Positions 44,288 through 53,203 of a stretch of DNA of 64,000 bases are shown piece by piece. The notes under the pieces were generated by a model. It had not been told where the DNA came from and ran no database searches. It saw only the letters and a list, made by a program, of their open reading frames with translations. The position numbers and the translations under genes were made by a program. Origin of the DNA: Phycisphaerales bacterium (GTDB lineage Bacteria; Planctomycetota; Phycisphaerae; UBA1845); assembly GCA_003597935.1 (NCBI GenBank), contig QZJT01000039.1:8336-72335 (forward strand), given 5' to 3'. The stretch's first letter is position 1. Each line of letters begins with the position of its first letter.

Positions 44288-44579
44288 AACTCCAGACGGG
44301 TGAGCAAGCATACGCACAACGGCACCCCAGCATCGGCCGCACGTGTGGAACGGGAGGCTGTAACTCATTCTAACGACCTCACTTACATGCGTACGCGGCG
44401 GTCCGGACGGAATGAATGTTCGGTATGTGTTCAGCCCATCGGCCGGAACCACGGAATCCACGGGATCGCGAGCTTGAAAAACACTTGCAAGCGGCTCACC
44501 TGTGCGATAACATTGGCCATGAGGCGGTGCCGGAGCCGCCGATTCGCTGCTCACGGTCTTTAGCGGAGGATACCAACTC

Positions 44580-45020
44580 ATGTTACGCTTTTTCAATTGC
44601 TCTGCGGGGTGGCGCATCGTGCTCGCCTCACTTTGCGGCTTGGCACTTGCGTCGCCTTCGCACGCGCCCGCCCAGGAGTGCGGTACCAACGAGTACTGTG
44701 TCTGTCCGGTGATTTCGTACTGCGGCGGGTGGCACGTCTACCCGTGTAAGTGCGTCGAGACCGCAACAGGAAAGGCGTGCGATCTTTGGCAGGCTACAAT
44801 CAGCGGCCCGTGGGGGGATGAAGCGTGCGAGGTAGGGCACTGCGCCGCGTTGGATCTCTGTCCTTGCGCTGTGGAGCGAGTGTGCCTGGATCGCGATTGG
44901 GAACCATTTGGGTCCAATTGTCTGGTGGACTCGCACTGCATTGAAGATGACATCTTTGATTATCTATATCAGACTTGCTGGGGGGACTTGGGTCCTGAGT
45001 GTATATGGGTGGAGCCGTAA
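44580..45020 (+). CDS. Small secreted Cys-rich protein (16 Cys in the mature part)
   Basis: GGAGG SD, signal peptide ending HAPA, acidic Cys-rich mature domain, visibly lower GC. Confidence 0.7.
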   Translation: MLRFFNCSAGWRIVLASLCGLALASPSHAPAQECGTNEYCVCPVISYCGGWHVYPCKCVETATGKACDLWQATISGPWGDEACEVGHCAALDLCPCAVERVCLDRDWEPFGSNCLVDSHCIEDDIFDYLYQTCWGDLGPECIWVEP

Positions 45021-45271
45021 GCATGGCGCCCGGCCGTCTCAGGAGATGTTCACCAGCGGCGCGGGCGGTTTGATGCGGTGCCGTCCAGGGGCGTGACCGC
45101 TCGCTGGCTGTCGCACGCGCCTCACGATTGCGCGCGGAGATTCCTCGCCCGCACGCCTCGGCACCGTTGAAACCAAGGTGTGGCTTGGGATTGTCCATCC
45201 ACGCAGGTGCGAGCACCTTTTCGCGAAGGCGTTCCTTCGCCGGAGGAGTTTCGTCCTGAAGGAGGCAGAGC

Positions 45272-46684
45272 ATGGTGGGATGTTGCATGCTAGGGATCCT
45301 CGGCGGGTACGCCTGTACCTGGATCCCTTCGGGGACATCGCCTCAGGTCAGCCAGTTGGGGAAACCGGAGGCGCTCGTCCTAGCAGAATCGCAAAGGCTG
45401 AGTTTTCAGACTGGCGAGATTCAGTGGAAGAGTGAAAAACCCGACGGCTATCAGCGCCACTTCTCCGCGCGGTTTTGCCCGACCAGCAGGTTGCGAATTG
45501 AGTGCGGAGACTCGACGGGAGCAGTGGTTCCTCACCGCGCCGGTGAACCCTACTCGTACTCAGAGTTTCGGCAGCTCGTTGCGACGGATCGTGAATGGAC
45601 GTACATTGAGGACTCGCCCTCTGCTGAGGCCACCCCAATTGAACTCGCGACCGGTGTAGCCGATGTCCTCGCTCTTGGCTTTCTGCCCTACTACACGTCG
45701 GGAACTGCCATGCGTTTCGAGAACTATTGCCTCGGGGAAGCGTTGTCATACAGTGTTGCGGACGATGCTGGCCTGAAGGTCGTCACCGCACACTTGCAGT
45801 CAGGCGGCAAACAGGTCTGGTGGTTGGACGATACTGTCGGCGGGAACCCGGTTCGGTGTGCCTTGATTTCGGAGGACAAGGTTGTCGCGGAATCGCAGAC
45901 GACCTACAGAGAGTACGCAGGCGGGCGGTTCGTTGACTCGATAAGCTACTACGACTCTACGCGTAACCTCCGGCGCCGCGATATCGTGCTGGATGCATCA
46001 TTTGATCAGCCTTGGCATTCCCAGCAGCTTGGCCCGAAGGAGATCGGCGTGCTCGAAGGGATGATGGTTGGCGGCCGCGATCTTGTCGGCGTTAGGCCGG
46101 CGAGATGGGATGGCGCCAAGATCATCACCCATGAAATGTACACAGCCCGAGTCGAAGCGGGTTTGCTCGATCCATCGCCATATCTGATCATGCTCGAACG
46201 TGTGCGAGAGCAGGGCGGTCCGGGCGTACTACCCAACCAACCACTCGCTGTTGATCTCGTCATAGTAGCACGGGAACCGGGCCTGTGGGAGCGCTACACT
46301 CGGACGTTTGTTCTTACCCACGCGCTCGATACGGAGCGTGCCAGGCAGGCTTGGTGCTTGCTGCGACAGTGCCAGGGACTGGCCTACGAGATTCTTAAGA
46401 CGCAACGGCCGCGGCTGGACGAGGTCGAGAGAGTTCGTACCGACCTCCGCCGCGAGATTGAGGCCGAAGACACGGAAGTGCGACGGCGCGAGCTTAGCGA
46501 GCGCAAGCTCGAGCGTTTAAGCGAAGACGAAAAGATGTTGCTGGCGCCGGTCAGACGGTTGTTCGAAGAATGTCTGCAGCGGAAGCTCTTCGCCCTCCTG
46601 ACGCCCGAGGAGCGCGCCCGCAGTCCCATGGTGACGTCCGCGTCGGAGCCGCCGCCGCGACAGGAGGCGGAGCGCACTCCGTAA
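45272..46684 (+). CDS. Hypothetical exported protein with C-terminal helical/coiled-coil domain
   Basis: AAGGAGG SD, 470-aa ORF with atypical codon usage and a charged helical C-terminus. Confidence 0.7.
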   Translation: MVGCCMLGILGGYACTWIPSGTSPQVSQLGKPEALVLAESQRLSFQTGEIQWKSEKPDGYQRHFSARFCPTSRLRIECGDSTGAVVPHRAGEPYSYSEFRQLVATDREWTYIEDSPSAEATPIELATGVADVLALGFLPYYTSGTAMRFENYCLGEALSYSVADDAGLKVVTAHLQSGGKQVWWLDDTVGGNPVRCALISEDKVVAESQTTYREYAGGRFVDSISYYDSTRNLRRRDIVLDASFDQPWHSQQLGPKEIGVLEGMMVGGRDLVGVRPARWDGAKIITHEMYTARVEAGLLDPSPYLIMLERVREQGGPGVLPNQPLAVDLVIVAREPGLWERYTRTFVLTHALDTERARQAWCLLRQCQGLAYEILKTQRPRLDEVERVRTDLRREIEAEDTEVRRRELSERKLERLSEDEKMLLAPVRRLFEECLQRKLFALLTPEERARSPMVTSASEPPPRQEAERTP

Positions 46685-46753
46685 GAAGGCCACTTTGGCC
46701 GACCCGGACTTCGGGCGGTACGAGGCCACGCGCGTGCGCCTTGGCCCTGCCGT

Positions 46754-47203
46754 GGAGGCATCTACACTATCAATCTGGGGAAGCGCGCTGCGTGGCTCGT
46801 GGCCAGCCCCGGCGGCGTCAACGACTGCGACATCGCCTACGACGACGCCCAGGTGTACTGGGCGATGGACTGGAGCGGGAACCTCTTCAGGTACGACGCC
46901 CAGTGGGGCCGCACCACCGTCAGCACCGGCCATGGATCGGCGGGCGCTTGCGAGTACGTCGGGCTGGGCGGCGCCTGCGGCGAGAAGGCGGAGCTGATGG
47001 TCAAGTGCAAGTCGAACGGCGCCACGGTCGTCGCCAAGCTCAAGAAGGCCAATCCCAACGTGCCGGTCGTCTTCGTCCTCGACAACGAGCTGCGCCGGCC
47101 CGGCCAGACCAACAACAAGGGCAAGGCCAAGGTGAAGTTCACCGGCCTGGACGAGGGCCGCCACGAAGTGCGCGTGTGCAACCTGGTTGAAGAGTGCGGG
47201 TGA
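46754..47203 (+). pseudogene. 5'-truncated remnant: last beta-propeller blades + CTD-B
   Basis: IAYDDAQVYWAMDWSGNLFRYD...RTTVSTGHGS aligns with the end of the 38630-39544 passenger. No signal peptide or SD. Confidence 0.68.
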
Positions 47204-47564
47204 TTGTGGGAGGATCAAGGGAAACGGTGACGGGCGGTCGGAAGTACACGGACGCGGTTCACCCTCCGAGCCGGAACTCCCCTTTCCCATCTAGGGTGGC
47301 TGCCGTCCGACGACGCGCCGTCCGCGCGTCGTAGCCTCTTCGAGGGTGCGGAACAACCCGAACCCGGTCGCCAGAGTCAGGCCACGCGAAGAAGGTGGCC
47401 GTGCACTCCTGCGCCGTCAACAGCAGTCGGACCGCCGCCCGGCCGGGTCCTCGTTCGCTCCGGCACGCCACCGAGCATCGACCCCGGCCCAACCCGGTCC
47501 CTTGCTCGCGCGGCTCAAGCGACGTATGTTGCCAAGCCTGAATCGGAGTTGCTGAGCTAAGGCC

Positions 47565-48659
47565 GTGCAGAAGACGATGCTCGAGTCACACGTGGACGAC
47601 GCTACCGCGGTCGATTCCGGAGTCGCGTTCCAGGACTACGCCGCCCGTTCGCGCCTCTGCCCGCTGTTTCTCCTTGGCGACGCCGCCACGTTACTCCGTG
47701 AGTTTCCGCCGCGCGCGGTGGACTGTGCCATGACCAGCCCCCCCTATTGGGGGAAGCGGGAATACGCGGGAGGCGGTATTGGCATGGAGGCGGATTGGCG
47801 CGACTACGTGCAGGCCCTGCTCCGCGTTTTCGGTGAACTCAAGCGCGTTCTCAAGCCGACCGGATCGTTCTGGCTGAACATCGGGGACAGCTACGTAAAC
47901 AAGAATCTTGCGGGGCTGCCCTGGCGCGTGGCGCTTGCCATGACCGACGAACAGGGCTGGATTCTACGCAACTGCGTCATCTGGAATAAGGTCAAGGGCG
48001 GACCTGACAACGCCGTCGACAAGCTCCGCAATGTGCACGAGCCGGTTTTCCATTTCGTCAAATCGCCCAAGGGCTACTACTACGACGTGGACGCGATTCG
48101 GACAAACCCGAAGAAGGCCCAGGTAGTCAACGGCGCCGTGGTGTCCGCGACGGGCGTGAGCGGAGTTCGCTACCGGCGGCAGATCGAACTCTCAACGGCC
48201 CTTTCGGACGAGGAGAAGCAGGCTGCGTTCGAGGCATTGGAAGCCATCCTCGACCAGGTTCGTGCGGGGGAGTTGGCGGACTTCCGGATGATCATTCGCG
48301 GGCAGCAACGGACGACCCACTCGGACTCGTCAGCGGTGTCCGGACGCGCGAGAGACCTGGCTGTGAAAGGCTTCTACTTTTTGAAATACCACCCCAATGG
48401 CTCCAAGCCGAGCGACGTCTGGGACATCATTCCCGAGGACACGCAGAAGCGAAAGACGCACTTCGCGCCCTATCCGGAGGATCTGTGCAAGTTGCCCATC
48501 CTCGCCACGTGCCCGCCGGGCGGAATCGTGCTGGATCCGTTCTGCGGTACAGGGACGACGAACTACGTTGCCCATTGTCTGGGGCGGAAGTCCGTCGGCA
48601 TCGACGTTTCCGCGGAGTACCTTGAGGCCGCTCGTGACAGGTGTAACTTTCTGATATGA
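47565..48659 (+). CDS. Site-specific DNA amino-methyltransferase, beta class (SPPY, probably m4C)
   Basis: Motif IV TSPPY at the N-terminus; HFAPYP and motif I LDPFCGTGTT at the C-terminus. Confidence 0.92.
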   Translation: MQKTMLESHVDDATAVDSGVAFQDYAARSRLCPLFLLGDAATLLREFPPRAVDCAMTSPPYWGKREYAGGGIGMEADWRDYVQALLRVFGELKRVLKPTGSFWLNIGDSYVNKNLAGLPWRVALAMTDEQGWILRNCVIWNKVKGGPDNAVDKLRNVHEPVFHFVKSPKGYYYDVDAIRTNPKKAQVVNGAVVSATGVSGVRYRRQIELSTALSDEEKQAAFEALEAILDQVRAGELADFRMIIRGQQRTTHSDSSAVSGRARDLAVKGFYFLKYHPNGSKPSDVWDIIPEDTQKRKTHFAPYPEDLCKLPILATCPPGGIVLDPFCGTGTTNYVAHCLGRKSVGIDVSAEYLEAARDRCNFLI

Positions 48660-49504
48660 GCGAAGTCCTCGAACTTTTCGGCCATTCTACCGACCGCATG
48701 GGCGCACGCTACTGGACTCGCATCGTCGCCGATCAGCACTGCCCATACTTGAACCGGCGATGTATCAAGGTCCGAAAGAGCGAGCCGGATGTTTCTATCG
48801 GTACGTGTACGGTAAACCATGGCCAGGAACGGCGAGCCATCATGATCTGTCCGTTCCGATTCCTGGAGCGCCGTCAGATCTTCGTTGACGCGCTGCATCT
48901 GCTCACCCTGCACGAACCTGGGAATGAGCTTCACGTCGTGCCTGAGGTTACCATTCCCGGCGGAAGTGTGGATTACTTCCTAGTATCGGCTCGAAACGGG
49001 AAACCGCTCGACTTCGTCGGGATCGAACTCCAAACGCTCGACACGACCGGGACGGTCTGGCCCGCCCGCCAGCGCTTTCTGCAATCGGTGAAAGCAAAGG
49101 CCCCGCTTTCCGCATCCGCAGCCGATAGGCCCTTCGGCATGAACTGGAAGATGACGGCCAAGACAAGCCTGCTGCAACTCCACCACGAGGTGGAGACATT
49201 CGAGCATCTGTCCAAGCGGCTGGTGTTGGTCTTGCAGGACTGCCTTCTGGAGTACATGCAGGGCGAGTTTACGCTGGGACACCTGTCCGATCCGAAGGTT
49301 GGGCACGCCATGCACGTCCACGCGTACAAGTTGGATATGACATCGGAGGGTTTACGTTTGGGGCTTGTCAAGCGCTTGAGCACAGACGCCGCCGGTGTCG
49401 CCACGGTACTCGGATTGCAAGCGCAGGCCAGGGTTGAACTCGAATCCATCCTGGCGGCCATCGAAGAACGTCTGTCGGCCCAGACGCTGTGGTCGCCGGT
49501 CTGA
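48656..49504 (+). CDS. NotI-family type II restriction endonuclease
   Basis: N-terminal four-Cys motif CPY..RCIK..GTC..ICPFRF, catalytic-like VD...IELQ, ATGA overlap with the methyltransferase. Confidence 0.8.
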   Translation: MSEVLELFGHSTDRMGARYWTRIVADQHCPYLNRRCIKVRKSEPDVSIGTCTVNHGQERRAIMICPFRFLERRQIFVDALHLLTLHEPGNELHVVPEVTIPGGSVDYFLVSARNGKPLDFVGIELQTLDTTGTVWPARQRFLQSVKAKAPLSASAADRPFGMNWKMTAKTSLLQLHHEVETFEHLSKRLVLVLQDCLLEYMQGEFTLGHLSDPKVGHAMHVHAYKLDMTSEGLRLGLVKRLSTDAAGVATVLGLQAQARVELESILAAIEERLSAQTLWSPV

Positions 49505-49580
49505 GCAGTGGATCGGCGGCGGACGTACCAAGCCTGGCGGAGGCTGACCGCGGAACAGTCGGTCTGGTCCCCGCGGCAGC

Positions 49581-50783
49581 TTACAGAACCAACTTCGCGA
49601 ACTTCCGCTTGCCGCGCTGGATCACGTCGCCGGGCTTGACGGCGACCGGCGTGACCGCATCGTCGATCGTCTCGCCGTTCAGTCGGACGCCTTTTTCGCT
49701 CACCAGCCGGCGGGCTTCGCTGCGGGACTGGGCGAAACCGCAGGCGACGATGAGGTCCACGGGTGAGGCGGTGCCGTTTTCGACGCAGGAGCTGACGTCG
49801 ATCTCCGGGACGTCGTCGGGCAGCCCGCCCCCCCCGCCGCCGAAGACGCGGCTGAACTCTTGCGCCGCGGCTTCCGCCTCGGCCGCACCGTGGTACTGCG
49901 TCACGATCGTCCGGGCGAGCGTCTCCTTCGCCTGCCGCGGATGGGTCCGGGACGCGTCCGTCAGCTTGGCGATTCGTTCGGCCGGCAGATCCGTCAGCAG
50001 CGTGAACCAGTTGGCCATCAGCGCGTCTGGGATGCTCATCACCTTGCCGAACATCTCGCCGGGCGGGTCGGTGACGGCCACGTAATTGCCCAGCGACTTG
50101 CTCATCTTCTGCGCGCCGTCGGTGCCGATCAGGATCGGCATGACCAGCACGATCTGCGGCAGTTGGCCGGCGCTGCGCTGCAGGTCGCGGCCGCACAGGT
50201 TGTTGAACGTCTGGTCCGTGCCGCCCAGCTCCACGTCGGACTGGATCATCACGCTGTCGTACGCCTGCATCAGCGGATAGAGCAGTTCGTGCAGGTAAAT
50301 CTCCTTGCCCTCCGCCTGCCGCCTGGCGAACGTGTCGCGCTCCAACATGCGGGCGGTCGTCATCCGGCTCATCAGCTTCACCACGTCGGCGAAACTCAGC
50401 TTGCTGAGCCATTCGCTGTTGTGGCGGACCTCGACTTTGTCCGGCGACAGGTCGAGCACCATGCCGGCCTGATCGAAGTAGGTGCGGGCGTTGGTTTCGA
50501 TGTCGTCGGCCGAGAGCACCGGCCGCGTCTTCGACCGCCCCGTCGGGTCGCCGATCATGGCGGTGTAGTCGCCGATGATCAGCACCGCCTTGTGCCCGGC
50601 GTCCTGGAACTGCCGCAGCTTGCGCAGCACCACCGTGTGGCCGAGCGTCAGATCCGGCGCAGTCGGGTCCATGCCGAGCTTGACCCGCAGCGGACGCCCG
50701 AGCCTGAGCCGCTCCGTCAACTCTTCAGCAGAGTAGATCGAGTCCGCGCCGCGGAACAGTATCTCGTGGGACGTGGGCGTCAT
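49581..50783 (-). CDS. tyrS: Tyrosine--tRNA ligase
   Basis: KLGMDPTAPDLTLGH, IGDPTG, YPLMQAYD, ELGGTDQTFN, KMSKSLGN, C-terminal S4 domain (GKRKF). Confidence 0.97.
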   Translation of the reverse strand: MTPTSHEILFRGADSIYSAEELTERLRLGRPLRVKLGMDPTAPDLTLGHTVVLRKLRQFQDAGHKAVLIIGDYTAMIGDPTGRSKTRPVLSADDIETNARTYFDQAGMVLDLSPDKVEVRHNSEWLSKLSFADVVKLMSRMTTARMLERDTFARRQAEGKEIYLHELLYPLMQAYDSVMIQSDVELGGTDQTFNNLCGRDLQRSAGQLPQIVLVMPILIGTDGAQKMSKSLGNYVAVTDPPGEMFGKVMSIPDALMANWFTLLTDLPAERIAKLTDASRTHPRQAKETLARTIVTQYHGAAEAEAAAQEFSRVFGGGGGGLPDDVPEIDVSSCVENGTASPVDLIVACGFAQSRSEARRLVSEKGVRLNGETIDDAVTPVAVKPGDVIQRGKRKFAKLVL

Positions 50784-50905
50784 CAGCAATAGCGAACGTC
50801 GAAAAGCGAATAACGAATTGTGGAACGCAGCGTGTACCCAGCTTCTTCGCCGGGCGTCGCGCGATTCCCATTCGACGTGGCCGCGTAGAGGTCTTCCCTT
50901 TCGCT

Positions 50906-50941
50906 CTTCATTCGTTATTCGCCATTCGTTATTCGTTATTC
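50906..50941. repeat. 7-bp tandem repeat (ATTCGTT/ATTCGCC)
   Basis: About 5 units, with a complementary copy GCGAATAACGAAT near 50807. Confidence 0.75.
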
Positions 50942-51796
50942 ACCCATACAGGCGTCCGCTTCCTCGTCACACGCCCCCTCCGGGCACGGCGGCGTGCCGG
51001 TCAGGCACGAGCATCCGTCGCAGGTCTCCTGCCCGTTGCAGAATGCGCCGTCGTCGCACTCCTCGTCGGATACGCAGGGCGCCAGGCAGCCGCCCAGTTC
51101 CTCGTCGCAGGCGTTGCAGAAGTCCCCGGTCCGCGGGTTCTCGGTCGGGCACAACGGCTCGCCAGCCAGGCAGGCGCAGGCGACGCACGTCTCAGTCCCG
51201 TTGCAGATCAGTCCGTCGTCGCAGTCCGCGTCGGAATCGCACGGGCAGGCGCTGCACTCGCCGGTGAGTTCATCGCACTCTTCCCCCTCCGGGCAGGGCG
51301 GCGCGCCCGGCCGGCAGGCGCAGTCCTCGCAGACTTCCTGGCCGTTGCAGAAGACGCCGTCCGTGCAGTCCTCGTCGCTTTCGCACAGGCATCGCTCGCA
51401 CGCCCGCAATGCCTCGCTGCACGGGTCGTCGCCGCAGTCGACCGGCTCCCCCGGGACGCAGCCGCCATCGACGCATTGCTCCTGACCGTTGCAGAACAGC
51501 CCATCGTCACAGTCCGTGCTGGAAGCGCAGGGCGGGATCATGGTACACAGCCGCAACGACTCGCTGCACACGCAGTCCGGACAGATGTCCGACTCGCAGG
51601 GCGGCCCGTCGGCGCACGTCCCGTCCGACTGGCAGACCTCCCGACCGTTACAGAACACGCCGTCGTCGCAATCGGCGTCCGACCGGCACAAGCCGTCATC
51701 GGCGGGCGGGCTGACCGTGCAGCCGGGCCCGAGCAGGGCCGCGGCGATGCACCCGATGGCGGCCGCTCCCGCCAGTATGGCATGAACAATCCTCAT
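50936..51796 (-). CDS. Cys-rich repeat lipoprotein
   Basis: Lipobox-like LLGPGC and five C-x-S-x-x-x-C-x-DG-x-x-CNG-x-E-x-C repeats. Confidence 0.8.
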   Translation of the reverse strand: MRIVHAILAGAAAIGCIAAALLGPGCTVSPPADDGLCRSDADCDDGVFCNGREVCQSDGTCADGPPCESDICPDCVCSESLRLCTMIPPCASSTDCDDGLFCNGQEQCVDGGCVPGEPVDCGDDPCSEALRACERCLCESDEDCTDGVFCNGQEVCEDCACRPGAPPCPEGEECDELTGECSACPCDSDADCDDGLICNGTETCVACACLAGEPLCPTENPRTGDFCNACDEELGGCLAPCVSDEECDDGAFCNGQETCDGCSCLTGTPPCPEGACDEEADACMGE

Positions 51797-51993
51797 TCAA
51801 TCTCGCTCCAAGGCACTCGCCAGGCGGTCATCCGGCCGTTTCGTCAGCCGGCTTGGGCGCCGGTCAGCGCCGGCGCCCGGTGCGGTGGATGGATAGACCA
51901 TAAGAGCGTTGTCGGGCGAAGGCGGAATGTCAAGCGAGATCGCGACGGCCCGCGCCCCACGCGTGGGTGACGCTCGCGGCGGGCGTCCCTTCG

Positions 51994-52117
51994 GTGTGGC
52001 ACTGGCTTCCAGCCGGTGGGCATGGCCTTAAAGGCCATCCCAATCGCAGCTTCGCTGCAACCACCGGCAAAATGCCGGTGCCACACGCATAGCGGAGCGT
52101 ACTCTCAGCCCCGCCGG
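51994..52117. repeat. Inverted copy of the element at 34130-34257
   Basis: Direct sequence comparison. Confidence 0.85.
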
Positions 52118-52891
52118 TCAGTCGCTGTTCCAATGTACGCGCCCGCGTTCGCCGTCGCAGCGACCCGGGTCGAGACGGTCGAGCAGGCGTCGGCGGAACA
52201 GCTTGGCGGGACGGGTGACGCCGTTGTGCAGGCAGACGTACCAGGGCCTGCGATAAGACGCCTGGCGCTGCTCGGGCGTGAGCTGGTCCGGGCGGGTGCG
52301 CCGCTGGAGCTTGACCAGATGGTACCGGTCGCCCGCCTGCAAGCGCCGCCGGATCGTCCGCAGCGGCCACCCATCCCCCCCCCAGCGCCGGGGCCAGTGC
52401 CACGATATCTGGAAGTCCACCAGGTACGGCCGGCCGTCGTCGCCGACGACGACGTTCTCGCACTTCTCGAGATCGACGTAAGCGACGCCGCGATCGTGCA
52501 TGGCGTCGATCGCCGACCGCAGGCGGGGGTGAAAATCGTCGCCGACCCGCTCGCCCCTGCGCATTGCGTGGCCGGGGATGAACTCGTGCAGGATGCCGGT
52601 GGGGCCGTAGCACCCCAGAAACCGCGGCACGCCGTCAATGCCTTGCACGTGCCGGAAGATGCGCGCTTCGCGGGCGGCCAGCCAGCGGCCGATCCACGAC
52701 AACGGCAGCCCGAACATCGGCGCCTGCCGGTTCAGCTTGAGCACCACCCGTCCGGCGTCGCCGGCATAAAGGCACGTGACGGCAAAAAAGTCGTTTTTGA
52801 ACACGCGCTCCAGGACGAACTCCCAGCCCTCCACCGCGATGGACGGCGGCGGCTCGCGTCGGCCCAGGGCTTTCAGGAAAGCGGGCGGCAT
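52118..52891 (-). CDS. RIO/Kdo-like protein-kinase-fold phosphotransferase
   Basis: VVLK, REA, GVP, GVAYVDLEKCENVVV...PYLVDF. Confidence 0.78.
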   Translation of the reverse strand: MPPAFLKALGRREPPPSIAVEGWEFVLERVFKNDFFAVTCLYAGDAGRVVLKLNRQAPMFGLPLSWIGRWLAAREARIFRHVQGIDGVPRFLGCYGPTGILHEFIPGHAMRRGERVGDDFHPRLRSAIDAMHDRGVAYVDLEKCENVVVGDDGRPYLVDFQISWHWPRRWGGDGWPLRTIRRRLQAGDRYHLVKLQRRTRPDQLTPEQRQASYRRPWYVCLHNGVTRPAKLFRRRLLDRLDPGRCDGERGRVHWNSD

Positions 52892-53100
52892 GGGACGCGG
52901 CGCTCCCGCTGGGCAGCGAACGACAGGCAGGCGCGGATGTCCTCGGACGTAAGGTCGGGGAAGTCGGCGAGGATCTGCGCCTCGGTCATTCCCGAGGCAA
53001 GGTACTCGAGCACGTCAGACACGGTGATCCGCATTCCACGGATGCAGGGCTTCCCACCGCGCTTCCCGGGCTCGATGGTGATGATCTCTGCGTAACCCAT
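52873..53100 (-). CDS. DUF433 domain protein (antitoxin-like)
   Basis: RGGKPCIRGMRITVSDVLEYLASGM...DFPDLTSEDIRACL. Confidence 0.9.
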   Translation of the reverse strand: MGYAEIITIEPGKRGGKPCIRGMRITVSDVLEYLASGMTEAQILADFPDLTSEDIRACLSFAAQRERRVPCRPLS

Positions 53101-53203
53101 GCACAACAGTCTAACCGCACGCGGGCGACGTGACAAACTGAAAGCGCGCGCGATGACATGACCCCGGCAGCCCCGAGAGGCAAAGCCTCGCCCCGCCACC
53201 GCT

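Noticed and set aside
46682-46800. Stop-codon readthrough fusing the 470-aa gene to the in-frame CTD-B remnant
   Set aside because: The stop is TAA, no recoding signal is evident, and the intervening codons show no homology. Being in frame has a 1-in-3 chance.
48656-49504. Inferring a GCGGCCGC target from site avoidance
   Set aside because: The site occurs in the window (e.g. near 6065 and 35706), and family membership does not fix specificity.
50630-50670. TyrRS HIGH motif reading TLGH as inactivation
   Set aside because: All other motifs are intact, so it is most likely a tolerated variant.
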